DNA of 64,000 bases from Oligoflexia bacterium (GTDB lineage Bacteria > Bdellovibrionota > UBA1018): assembly GCA_963758495.1 (NCBI GenBank), contig CAVWVI010000004.1, forward strand, positions 64,001-128,000, given 5' to 3'. Below, in pieces: positions 10,111-18,518 of the stretch. Numbering within the stretch: the stretch's first letter is position 1; every line of letters starts with the position of its first letter. The notes under the pieces were generated by a model. That model saw only the letters and a program-made list of their open reading frames with translations. It was not told the origin of the DNA and did no database searches. The position numbers and the translations under genes are program-made.

Positions 10111-13100
10111 TCATTGCCGTATGGAACCGTTTTTAGCCAGTCGAGCGATCACACGAGCAAACTTCTCACTATCGACTGGTTTGGCCATGTGTTCTTGAAA
10201 TCCGGCTGCAACGGCAAGCTCGATGTCATGATGTGCCGCATACGCAGTCAGTGCTATGGCTGGGACGAGTCCCCCTTTCTCGATGGGAAGAGCACGGATC
10301 TGCCGAATGAGCCCGTAGCCATCCTCAAAAGGCATCGCTATATCACTTACAACTACGTCAGGTCGGAACCTGCCAAATGCAGTCATGGCATCGTGGACTG
10401 AACTACATTGAATTGGCTTTCCTCCAAAGGATTTTATGATTGCAGCAAATGCTTCTAAAGAACCAGGTTCGTCATCAACTATAAGTATTCGCAAGCCAGA
10501 GAGATCCGGTGGTGCCGGTTTGGCAGTTTGCTTGGATCCCTCCAATGGGAGCGCTGCTCGTAGCTCTCCTTCGCGGACCATAGGAAGAAGCACAGTAAAA
10601 GTCGCACCTTGTCCCGGTCCTTGACTTTCCGCCTTAACGCTCCCGCTGTGAGACCTAACTAGATCTCGCACAAGGGCTAATCCAATCCCAAGTCCACCAT
10701 GAATGCGTGTGCTCGTGCTGTCTTGTTGGCTAAAGCGCGTGAAAATATCGGGCAGAAAAGCCAGATCAATGCCTTTGCCATGATCGACCACACGAATTGA
10801 CACATACATATGACCGTACTCTTGAACCTTGGCGATATGAACTTCGACTTTGCTACCCTCGGGTGAGAATTTGAGCGCATTCGTGAGCAGATTCCAAATA
10901 ATTTGCTGTAACCTTGCAGGATCACCCTGAACCTTCCCGTTAGCGCCATCAAACATTTGGATGACGATTTTCTTACTTTCAGATCGAGGGCGAAGCGACT
11001 CGATCGCTGCGCGCACAATGTCATCTGGACTCACTTCAACTAATGTGAGGGATAGTTTTCCAGACTGGATTCTGGAAATATCCAATAAATCGTTGATCAG
11101 TTGTTCTTGAGCAAGTGCGTTCTGTTCGATAATCTCCAAACCGTGCCCAGCCTTTTCAGGACTCACTTGCCTGCGCTGTAGAAGCTGTGACCAAGAGAGG
11201 ATTGAAGTCAAAGGAGTGCGTAGCTCGTGTGATAAGGTTGCGAGAAACAAGTCCTTGGCCTGGTTGGCGCACTCGGCCTCTGCTTTGGAATTTTCGGCCT
11301 CTGCTTTGGCGTGTTCAGCCTCTGCACGAGCTTCCTTTTCCTGTTTCAAAAGCCTCTTACTCTCCGTGACGTCTTCGATCGACAACAGCATTGCTTTCGG
11401 CATCGTATCTTGCCACCTGATCTGTTGGGCATTCATGAGCATGATTCGATTTCCCATTTCAGGGAAATCATATTCGATCTCGAAGTTCTTGAGTTCCCGA
11501 TCTTCAGTGATGACCTCGACCAAGAGCTGGCGAAGATGAGAAATTTCCCATCCCTTACCTCCGAGAACACTCATCAAATCTGATCCAATGTCCTTGTCAG
11601 GCTCAATTCCAAACATTCGGATAGAACCTTGGTTCGCCGACAGAAGATGCAATTGTCTATCGAGGACCACCAGCGGCAGTGGAAGCGTGTCTGCGACAGC
11701 TGTCGCATATTTCAGCGCGGTTTGGCTTTCGGTGAGATGCTCCTTTAAAAGAGTAATATCGATCAACGAAATGACTGCGCCATCGATTCTGTTATCTATC
11801 GTCTTGTAGGGACGTGCCTGGAGGCGATACCATTGTACCTCGCGACTGCAGACCTCCTGCTCTTTAACTGTGATTGTTTCCATCACATCGGAGACGAGGG
11901 TTTGCAAATCAGGTCCTTCAAAATCGGGTCTAATATCTCCAATGGGACGTCCCACATCGCTTGGACGCAGGTTCAGCAACTTTCCCGCCGTGGGTGTGAA
12001 ACGTCGGATTCGGCCATCGGCTCCTACCATGATAATAGGGAAATCGACGGCTCCTAGAAGATTAATAAGATCGTTGTTGACCTGCATGAGATCGATGTTG
12101 CGATTCTGTAATTCGTCGTTGACCGTGGTCAACTCCTCATTCATGGACTGAAGCTCTTCTTTGGCTGTCTCCAGCTCTTCATTCGTGCTCTGGAGTTCCT
12201 CATTGGTGCTTTGCAGCTCTTCGTTCGCGGATGTGATCTCATCCTGGGTGGCTTCGTGATCTTCCGCCAGTGCTTGCTGATAGGCCCTGGTCTCGGCCAG
12301 TTCTCGTTCAAGTTCCTTAATTCGCCGGTCTTTCACATCAGAGATTTTCCTCACAGAGCGTTTCCCTCGTCCGTATGTGGCTTTCGACTCTGGTGACTCT
12401 AGAGATTCAAGGGATAGCAGTTCTGAAGCTTGCTCGAAGAGAATCCAAAAGTGGCGTTCTCTGTCCCCGGGTTCTATTCTAATAGGAATCACGCTGATAT
12501 TAAGAAACCTCTGCTGGTCTCCATCGAGAATGCTCAATCCCTCCTTTTTAACGCGGATATTTTTCTTTTTTGCTGCCTGTATTGCCATGCGAAGATCTGG
12601 GACAAGCTCCGACCTCGCCATCTTGAAGAGGTTGAGGCTAACCTGTCCCATCGGCAGTTTGAAATAAGGTGAGGTATCTCCTCTGGCCAGAATGATCTCC
12701 ATGTTACTGTTGACCACCACACCCGGTGGCGCGTACTCAGAGATTAGGACTTGTTCGGTTTTACTTTGAAAGTCGGGCAATCCCAGTGTTTTTCGCGACG
12801 ACTTCGATGCTGTGGATTCTAGGTTTTCGAGCAAATAGGAACTAGCCCCGAACTGCACTCGGGGCAGGACTGGAGCGGTGCCGCGCAAGTAGAATTTTTT
12901 GGCCTTGTCGATAACCTGGAACAACACCGAGAGGTCACCCACCGACTCCGAAGTACCCAGCCAGAGAAAGCCACCGGGATTGAGAGCGTAATTTAAAATT
13001 GGGAGGACTCGCTTTTGCAAAGCAGAGTCGAAATAGATGAAAAGATTTCGGCAGCAAATAAGATCAAGCTTCGCAAATGGGGGATCGCTCGTTACATCAT

Positions 13101-13785
13101 GCCGTGAGAAAAGACACATTTCCCGGATGAACTTATTGATCTTATACCCAGTCTCAGTTTTGACAAAAAATCGCTTCAGCCGTTCCTCAGAAACATTCTT
13201 CCGAATGCTCTCTGAGTATACACCCGCCCGAGCTTTTTGGATGGCTTTTTCACTGATATCCGTAGCAAAAATCTGAATTGCCCTCTTTTGAGCAGTGTCT
13301 CCAAGAAGTTCCAGTAAAGCGATCGCTACAGAATAGGCTTCTTCTCCGGTGGCGCAACCGATGACCCAGATCCGGATGGGTGAACCGGCCGCTCTATTCT
13401 TGATGATTTCTGGCAAAACCCGCTTCTTCAGAGCCACGAAAATATCCGGATCGCGAAAAAATTCCGTTACATTGATGAGAATGTCAGCAAAGAGATCTCG
13501 TACTTCCTGCGGGTTCGATTGCAAATAGCTGACGTAATCTTCGAGTTTCTTCTTTTTCTGAAGAACCATTCTCCGAGCAATACGCCTTTTGACAGTTGTG
13601 TGCTTGTAGTGGGTGAAATCAACATGAGATTGGTTTCGTAGTAGCGCGAAGATCTTGGTCAGACTGTCGCCTTCGACTTTGGCAAGTCCTTCGAATGAAG
13701 GCGTTTTTGTTTTCCCCTGACGAGCCAGGAGTGGATGGCGTCCAAAAGTGGATTTACTAACATTTCTTTTTTTCAATTTAGCCAT
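10111..13785 (-). CDS. CheR methyltransferase-PAS-histidine kinase-receiver hybrid
   Basis: CheR motifs (INVTEFFRD, GCATGEEAYS, CRNLFIY), EELQSTNEEL coiled coil, PAS domains, SHELRTPL, GGLGIGL, C-terminal REC (SDIAMP, KP). Start taken at MAKLKK. Confidence 0.92.
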   Translation of the reverse strand: MAKLKKRNVSKSTFGRHPLLARQGKTKTPSFEGLAKVEGDSLTKIFALLRNQSHVDFTHYKHTTVKRRIARRMVLQKKKKLEDYVSYLQSNPQEVRDLFADILINVTEFFRDPDIFVALKKRVLPEIIKNRAAGSPIRIWVIGCATGEEAYSVAIALLELLGDTAQKRAIQIFATDISEKAIQKARAGVYSESIRKNVSEERLKRFFVKTETGYKINKFIREMCLFSRHDVTSDPPFAKLDLICCRNLFIYFDSALQKRVLPILNYALNPGGFLWLGTSESVGDLSVLFQVIDKAKKFYLRGTAPVLPRVQFGASSYLLENLESTASKSSRKTLGLPDFQSKTEQVLISEYAPPGVVVNSNMEIILARGDTSPYFKLPMGQVSLNLFKMARSELVPDLRMAIQAAKKKNIRVKKEGLSILDGDQQRFLNISVIPIRIEPGDRERHFWILFEQASELLSLESLESPESKATYGRGKRSVRKISDVKDRRIKELERELAETRAYQQALAEDHEATQDEITSANEELQSTNEELQSTNEELETAKEELQSMNEELTTVNDELQNRNIDLMQVNNDLINLLGAVDFPIIMVGADGRIRRFTPTAGKLLNLRPSDVGRPIGDIRPDFEGPDLQTLVSDVMETITVKEQEVCSREVQWYRLQARPYKTIDNRIDGAVISLIDITLLKEHLTESQTALKYATAVADTLPLPLVVLDRQLHLLSANQGSIRMFGIEPDKDIGSDLMSVLGGKGWEISHLRQLLVEVITEDRELKNFEIEYDFPEMGNRIMLMNAQQIRWQDTMPKAMLLSIEDVTESKRLLKQEKEARAEAEHAKAEAENSKAEAECANQAKDLFLATLSHELRTPLTSILSWSQLLQRRQVSPEKAGHGLEIIEQNALAQEQLINDLLDISRIQSGKLSLTLVEVSPDDIVRAAIESLRPRSESKKIVIQMFDGANGKVQGDPARLQQIIWNLLTNALKFSPEGSKVEVHIAKVQEYGHMYVSIRVVDHGKGIDLAFLPDIFTRFSQQDSTSTRIHGGLGIGLALVRDLVRSHSGSVKAESQGPGQGATFTVLLPMVREGELRAALPLEGSKQTAKPAPPDLSGLRILIVDDEPGSLEAFAAIIKSFGGKPIQCSSVHDAMTAFGRFRPDVVVSDIAMPFEDGYGLIRQIRALPIEKGGLVPAIALTAYAAHHDIELAVAAGFQEHMAKPVDSEKFARVIARLAKNGSIRQ

Positions 13786-13877
13786 AGAATTTCTCAAAAC
13801 AAAGAGTATCACGTAGGAGATGAACCTCAGTGAACTTTTCTGGTTTGTCTCCAAAAATACGCGTATACTTGACTCTT

Positions 13878-15710
13878 ATGAAACTCTTGCGTAAGTGCCT
13901 GATAAATGTGGAGATAGCCGCAGGGATATTTTTTATTCTTCAGCTCTCTCTTTTCTCGCTTTCACCACCTGCAACGCTCAATTCCTTACATTTCATGGGG
14001 CCTTTGTTGATCGGCATCAACCTGATCGTGATTCATCTCATTCTCACTTTTTTTCGATTTCTTTCAGGAAAAGCATGGTTTGCGAACATGATGGGCTTTT
14101 TGCTGAGTCTGATATTTTGCCTTGTGAATTATAAAAAAATCTCATTGACTGGGCTGGCACTTTCTCTCACTGATCTGTTCGCGTTTGGACGCATGGGCAT
14201 CCTACTCCGTTATATCGACCTCAAGGATATCCTGATTGTATCGGTATCGTTGATGGCCATATCCGTAGTATTTTTTATCTATTCTCAGTTGCATAGAAAT
14301 AAAGTGACCTCCATTGAAAACCCAGGAAAGCGTGGATCTATTTTCATCGCAGTGATGAGCGTTGCTCTCATTCTTTGCATTGTATTTGCTAGAAACCTTG
14401 GCCTGGAAAACCGCATTAACGCTCTAGGGCTCGGTAATTTGAGCTATTCAGACCATCTTGGCAATTATAAAAAGAATGGGGTGCTACTCAGTAGTCTGCT
14501 ATCCCTAACCTATAGTTTCGTTGTCCCGCCTCAAGAATACAGCCGTGAACACGTTCTGAATCTATTCGATCAGTCCTGGGCTAGTTCCCAAAGTACGCAC
14601 CCAAATGAAGACCAGGAGGCTATCAGCGTTATTGTTTATATGATGGAGGCATTCTGGGACCCTCAGAGGCTGGGGGTATCATTCAATCAAGATCCGACTC
14701 CCATTTTTCACCAAATCCAACAGGAAGGTGAGAAAGGCAATCTAGTGGTTCCTGTATATGGAGGTGGGACAGCAAATACCGAATTTGAAGTCCTGACGGG
14801 ACTGTCTAATTATTTCATCTCGTCCGACCGGGTCCCTTATGCTCAGATGGAAAAACCGGTACCCAGTCTGGCTGAATTTTTAGGGCGCAAGGGATACAGG
14901 TCCATTGCTGTCCATAATTACAACCCAATTTTCTATCAACGTTATCAAGCTTATCCTTTTCTTGGATTTGAACATTTCTATTCGCTAGATGAGATGGGGC
15001 CGTACCAGGAGCGACGAGGATACCCTACTGATGAAATTCTGGTTCAGAAACTGACTCAACTCATCTCAGAAGCTCACTCTCCGCTTTTTATTCACGCGGT
15101 AACGATGGAAGCCCATGGTCCTTACGACATGCCTAAAGAGGGACCGATTCGCACCCTCGAATCTCATCTCCCCCAGGATCTTAAAAACCAACTTGAGACC
15201 TATACGAATACCCTATGGTATGCTGATCAGTCACTTGGAAGATTAATTAAAACTCTCTCCGGACTAAAAAGAAAGGTAGTCTTAGTTGCTTTTGGAGACC
15301 ATCTCCCCGCGCTAGGGCCAGATTATAATACCTATGTGGATTCAGGATACATTTCAGAGACTGACTCAGACTATTGGTCTCCTGAAGAATGGAAAAAAAT
15401 GAGGTCAACTCCATTGGTGATCTGGAACAACTTCAAAACTGAACATCGTGACCTCGGTTTTCTAAGTACGAACTGCATGACTCCCCTAATCCTAGAACGA
15501 GCTGGCATCAAGCTGAGTGGTTTTTATCATTTCTGCTCAGAGTTCTGCAAAAAAATCCCTGTCTTTTCACCCAATCTTATAATAGATCAAAGTTCCAATT
15601 TTATTCAAGCTGGAAAGCGACTCCCAAATGCGCAACCTCAAATGGTTCTCAACTATCACGAACTTATTTATGATCGATTTTTTGGAGCAGGATATTCAGC
15701 GCAGAACTGA
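13878..15710 (+). CDS. LTA-synthase/MdoB-like phosphoglycerol transferase family (sulfatase superfamily)
   Basis: About five N-terminal TMs; MMEAFWD, GGGTANTEFEVLTG (catalytic Thr), TMEAHGPY, FGDHLP. Confidence 0.85.
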   Translation: MKLLRKCLINVEIAAGIFFILQLSLFSLSPPATLNSLHFMGPLLIGINLIVIHLILTFFRFLSGKAWFANMMGFLLSLIFCLVNYKKISLTGLALSLTDLFAFGRMGILLRYIDLKDILIVSVSLMAISVVFFIYSQLHRNKVTSIENPGKRGSIFIAVMSVALILCIVFARNLGLENRINALGLGNLSYSDHLGNYKKNGVLLSSLLSLTYSFVVPPQEYSREHVLNLFDQSWASSQSTHPNEDQEAISVIVYMMEAFWDPQRLGVSFNQDPTPIFHQIQQEGEKGNLVVPVYGGGTANTEFEVLTGLSNYFISSDRVPYAQMEKPVPSLAEFLGRKGYRSIAVHNYNPIFYQRYQAYPFLGFEHFYSLDEMGPYQERRGYPTDEILVQKLTQLISEAHSPLFIHAVTMEAHGPYDMPKEGPIRTLESHLPQDLKNQLETYTNTLWYADQSLGRLIKTLSGLKRKVVLVAFGDHLPALGPDYNTYVDSGYISETDSDYWSPEEWKKMRSTPLVIWNNFKTEHRDLGFLSTNCMTPLILERAGIKLSGFYHFCSEFCKKIPVFSPNLIIDQSSNFIQAGKRLPNAQPQMVLNYHELIYDRFFGAGYSAQN

Positions 15711-15910
15711 GAATCCTACATCAAAAAAACCAGCCAACTGTTTAATTCTAAATCAGCCACTCACCCCCTCCTTTAATCACTCATCACAAGCCCTGCGATG
15801 AACAAGTCAAGTTTTAAAAAGAAAAAGACTTTGAAATACCAGTCCGAATAAATCCCTTTACCAGGCATTGATCTGTGCTATGACTTCCCCTACTAGCGAG
15901 GACGAAAACA

Positions 15911-17497
15911 ATGGCATCAAAGGAAATGGAATTAATGGGAAAGGTGATTCATTCTGAAGTTGCTCCTTCAAAAATATTATCACAATACTTGTTTTTTTAT
16001 AAAACATCCTGGGTTTTTATTTCGGTGCGTTTATTAGCCTCTTACATCGCTATACCTAGCTTTTTGTTTGCAGCATTAGGCAAACATTTTTACATGATCC
16101 ACCCGCTCGTGAATGCAGACTATATCCTATTGGGAGTAGTTTCTCCGTGGCTCCCGTTTCCGGCTCTGTTGGGTAGTTACTTCTTGCTCCTTCTAAATGA
16201 GATTATTGTCAACGTCGCGCCGATGTACAACTTCAGCATTGGAGAGTTCATTTTGTCATTCCGCTATATTGGACTTCTCAATCATAAAATCATTGGAGAG
16301 TATGAAATCTCCATTCTAATCGGTTCTGTTCTGATGAGTTACTTTGCCGTTAAAATCAGTAAAATTAATGTAAAAAAGATTTCACTTAGATCACTACTCC
16401 CAGCCGTTTTGGTTCTTTTTATTTCTGGAGTGGGTATTTGTGCCCTGGATGTCCTAAATGGTACGTCTTTTATTCCTATAAAAGAATCACGAGCATTTGC
16501 TAACGTGAACTTTGCCTACTCAGGACTTCGTAGAACAATTCTATCTTTGAATGCAGCCCTTCAAAACAATCAAGCGGTTTTTCGCCCTCTAGGCCCAAGT
16601 GAGATTGCTACAGGATCTCTCTTTGATGAGATCAGTCACTCCGAAAGTGTCCGACAGGAAAACATTGTTCTCATTGTGATTGAATCGATGGGCAAGTATT
16701 TAGACCCTCAAAGCCAAAGCCTCATGCTTCAACCCATTGAAAATTCTGCTGTCAAACAAAGATATTCAGTCCATATTAGAGAGGTTCCGTTTCATGGTTC
16801 GACAATTCACGGCGAATTTCGTGAGCTTTGCGGTGTGCGTTTAGAACTCTATGGCGATAAGCTTCCGACTCATTGCTTGCCAGATCTTTATAAAGAGAAA
16901 CACTTTGAAACGCTTGCATTTCATGGCTTTAGCAATCAATTTAATGCCCGCTATCAATGGTATCCCAAACTCGGTTTTGATCAGATTTTTTTTGCTGAGG
17001 ACCTCCAAAAACTAGGAATCTCAAAATCTTGCGGGGCAAGCTTTACAGGCATTTGCGATACAGACGTGTTGGCTCAGATTCGGAGTAGTCTCATCGAACA
17101 TAACGAAAATAATCCTAAATTCCTCTACTGGATGACCTTGAATTCGCACCTTCCTGTGAGCACTAGCGAAGGATTAGATAGCCAACTGGATTGTTCAAAG
17201 AGCAAGGTCATGAGCGAAAGTCCGACCCTTTGCACCTATGCACATCTCATTGATCAAGTCATTTCCGGCGTTGCGGAGCTGGCGATGGACCCGGCACTTC
17301 TTCCCACTCGATTTATCTTGGTGGGTGATCATGCCCCTCCTTTCAAGAGTCTGGAACATAGAGGCCATTTTTCCAATGAAACAGTCACGTCTATTGAATT
17401 AGCTCCGCGTGATCTATCGAAATTCCGTTCTTTTAAGCTGAGTAAAGGAACTTTAACTCCAGACAATTCACCCGGTAACATAGTGGCAGTTCATTGA
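15911..17497 (+). CDS. Membrane-bound sulfatase/alkaline-phosphatase-superfamily transferase
   Basis: N-terminal TMs; VIESMG, GSTIHGEFRELC, TLNSHLP, VGDHAPP. Confidence 0.75.
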   Translation: MASKEMELMGKVIHSEVAPSKILSQYLFFYKTSWVFISVRLLASYIAIPSFLFAALGKHFYMIHPLVNADYILLGVVSPWLPFPALLGSYFLLLLNEIIVNVAPMYNFSIGEFILSFRYIGLLNHKIIGEYEISILIGSVLMSYFAVKISKINVKKISLRSLLPAVLVLFISGVGICALDVLNGTSFIPIKESRAFANVNFAYSGLRRTILSLNAALQNNQAVFRPLGPSEIATGSLFDEISHSESVRQENIVLIVIESMGKYLDPQSQSLMLQPIENSAVKQRYSVHIREVPFHGSTIHGEFRELCGVRLELYGDKLPTHCLPDLYKEKHFETLAFHGFSNQFNARYQWYPKLGFDQIFFAEDLQKLGISKSCGASFTGICDTDVLAQIRSSLIEHNENNPKFLYWMTLNSHLPVSTSEGLDSQLDCSKSKVMSESPTLCTYAHLIDQVISGVAELAMDPALLPTRFILVGDHAPPFKSLEHRGHFSNETVTSIELAPRDLSKFRSFKLSKGTLTPDNSPGNIVAVH

Positions 17498-17686
17498 ACC
17501 CCCAATGACTCCGCAAAACCTTTTCTAGAAAATCCACCGAACGAAAAACAAATGTGCTAATTCAATTTGCTGATCTTTTTATTTTATAGATTTCTATATT
17601 TTTTAAACGGTATTGGCTATAGAGTGACCATAATAGTTTACTTAGATATGGATAGAGGCTAACTGGCCTGCTCGGGGGAGTGAAAA

Positions 17687-18391
17687 ATGAAAATAGTTAA
17701 AGAATATATTATTAAGAAGCAAACAGAATTTAGAGCCCACTCTTTCTTTCATGAGGTAGCTAGTGAATCAGAATACTCGCGGACTCTCGCTTTTGCGTCG
17801 GGTCTGACATTTTGGATTATGGCGTTCCAAGATGTTTTACGACTCAATGAAAAGCTTATTCAGGATCAGGAACTGAAGAAACTTGCCAAGCACCATAAGA
17901 TTGAAGATACAGGCCATGATCGTTGGTTCTTGGAAGATTTAAAACTTATAGGCCAAGCCGAGTTGTCCTTGAGCGACCTTTTTTCAAAAAAAATGCAAAA
18001 CTGTCGTGATGCAACCTACATGCTGATGTCTGAGATTTTCCGCACAAATGATGACATCATACGGATCATTCTTGTTCTTGTCCTTGAATCGTCTGCGGGT
18101 GTTTTTTTTGAACAGGTAGCAAACCGCGGTTCAAAATTCAAGGCCGCCTCACCCCTCAAGTATTTCTCTCATCACCATTTGGATGTGGAGAAGGGGCATG
18201 AACTTTTCGAAAATGAATTAGAAGAGCAAATCTATTCTAGAATTCTTACGGAAAAACAACGTGAGGAGGCATTTGCGATGGCTGATCGAGCCTATGAAGC
18301 ATTTAGCCTTTTACTTAAAAGTGTCTTACCAGAACAAATTCAGCTAGGTCAAAAAAATGCGTCCACTTATGATCTGAACTCACTGAAATAA
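17687..18391 (+). CDS. Heme-oxygenase-like helical di-metal (iron-containing redox) protein
   Basis: Helical protein with H...EDTGH..W..DL, E and YF.HH..VE..H ligand pattern. RBS GGGGGAG upstream. Confidence 0.6.
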   Translation: MKIVKEYIIKKQTEFRAHSFFHEVASESEYSRTLAFASGLTFWIMAFQDVLRLNEKLIQDQELKKLAKHHKIEDTGHDRWFLEDLKLIGQAELSLSDLFSKKMQNCRDATYMLMSEIFRTNDDIIRIILVLVLESSAGVFFEQVANRGSKFKAASPLKYFSHHHLDVEKGHELFENELEEQIYSRILTEKQREEAFAMADRAYEAFSLLLKSVLPEQIQLGQKNASTYDLNSLK

Positions 18392-18518
18392 TCATAGAAG
18401 CTGAACTTGGCAAGCTTATAGATGACTTCATTTGACATTCAAGAAGCATGCAAATTTGAGAAAATTGCCACAGCATTTTAGATGATTAAATGAACTAAAA
18501 GAGACACATTAAATTCAT

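Noticed and set aside
11270..12250. 21-bp periodic repeats in the CheR hybrid (AEAE..K and EELQS.N heptads)
   Set aside because: Ordinary coiled-coil heptads typical of this protein family.
18392..18518. M-box riboswitch or MgtL-type leader peptide upstream of mgtA
   Set aside because: Short AT-rich gap with no recognisable M-box motif or Pro-rich leader ORF.
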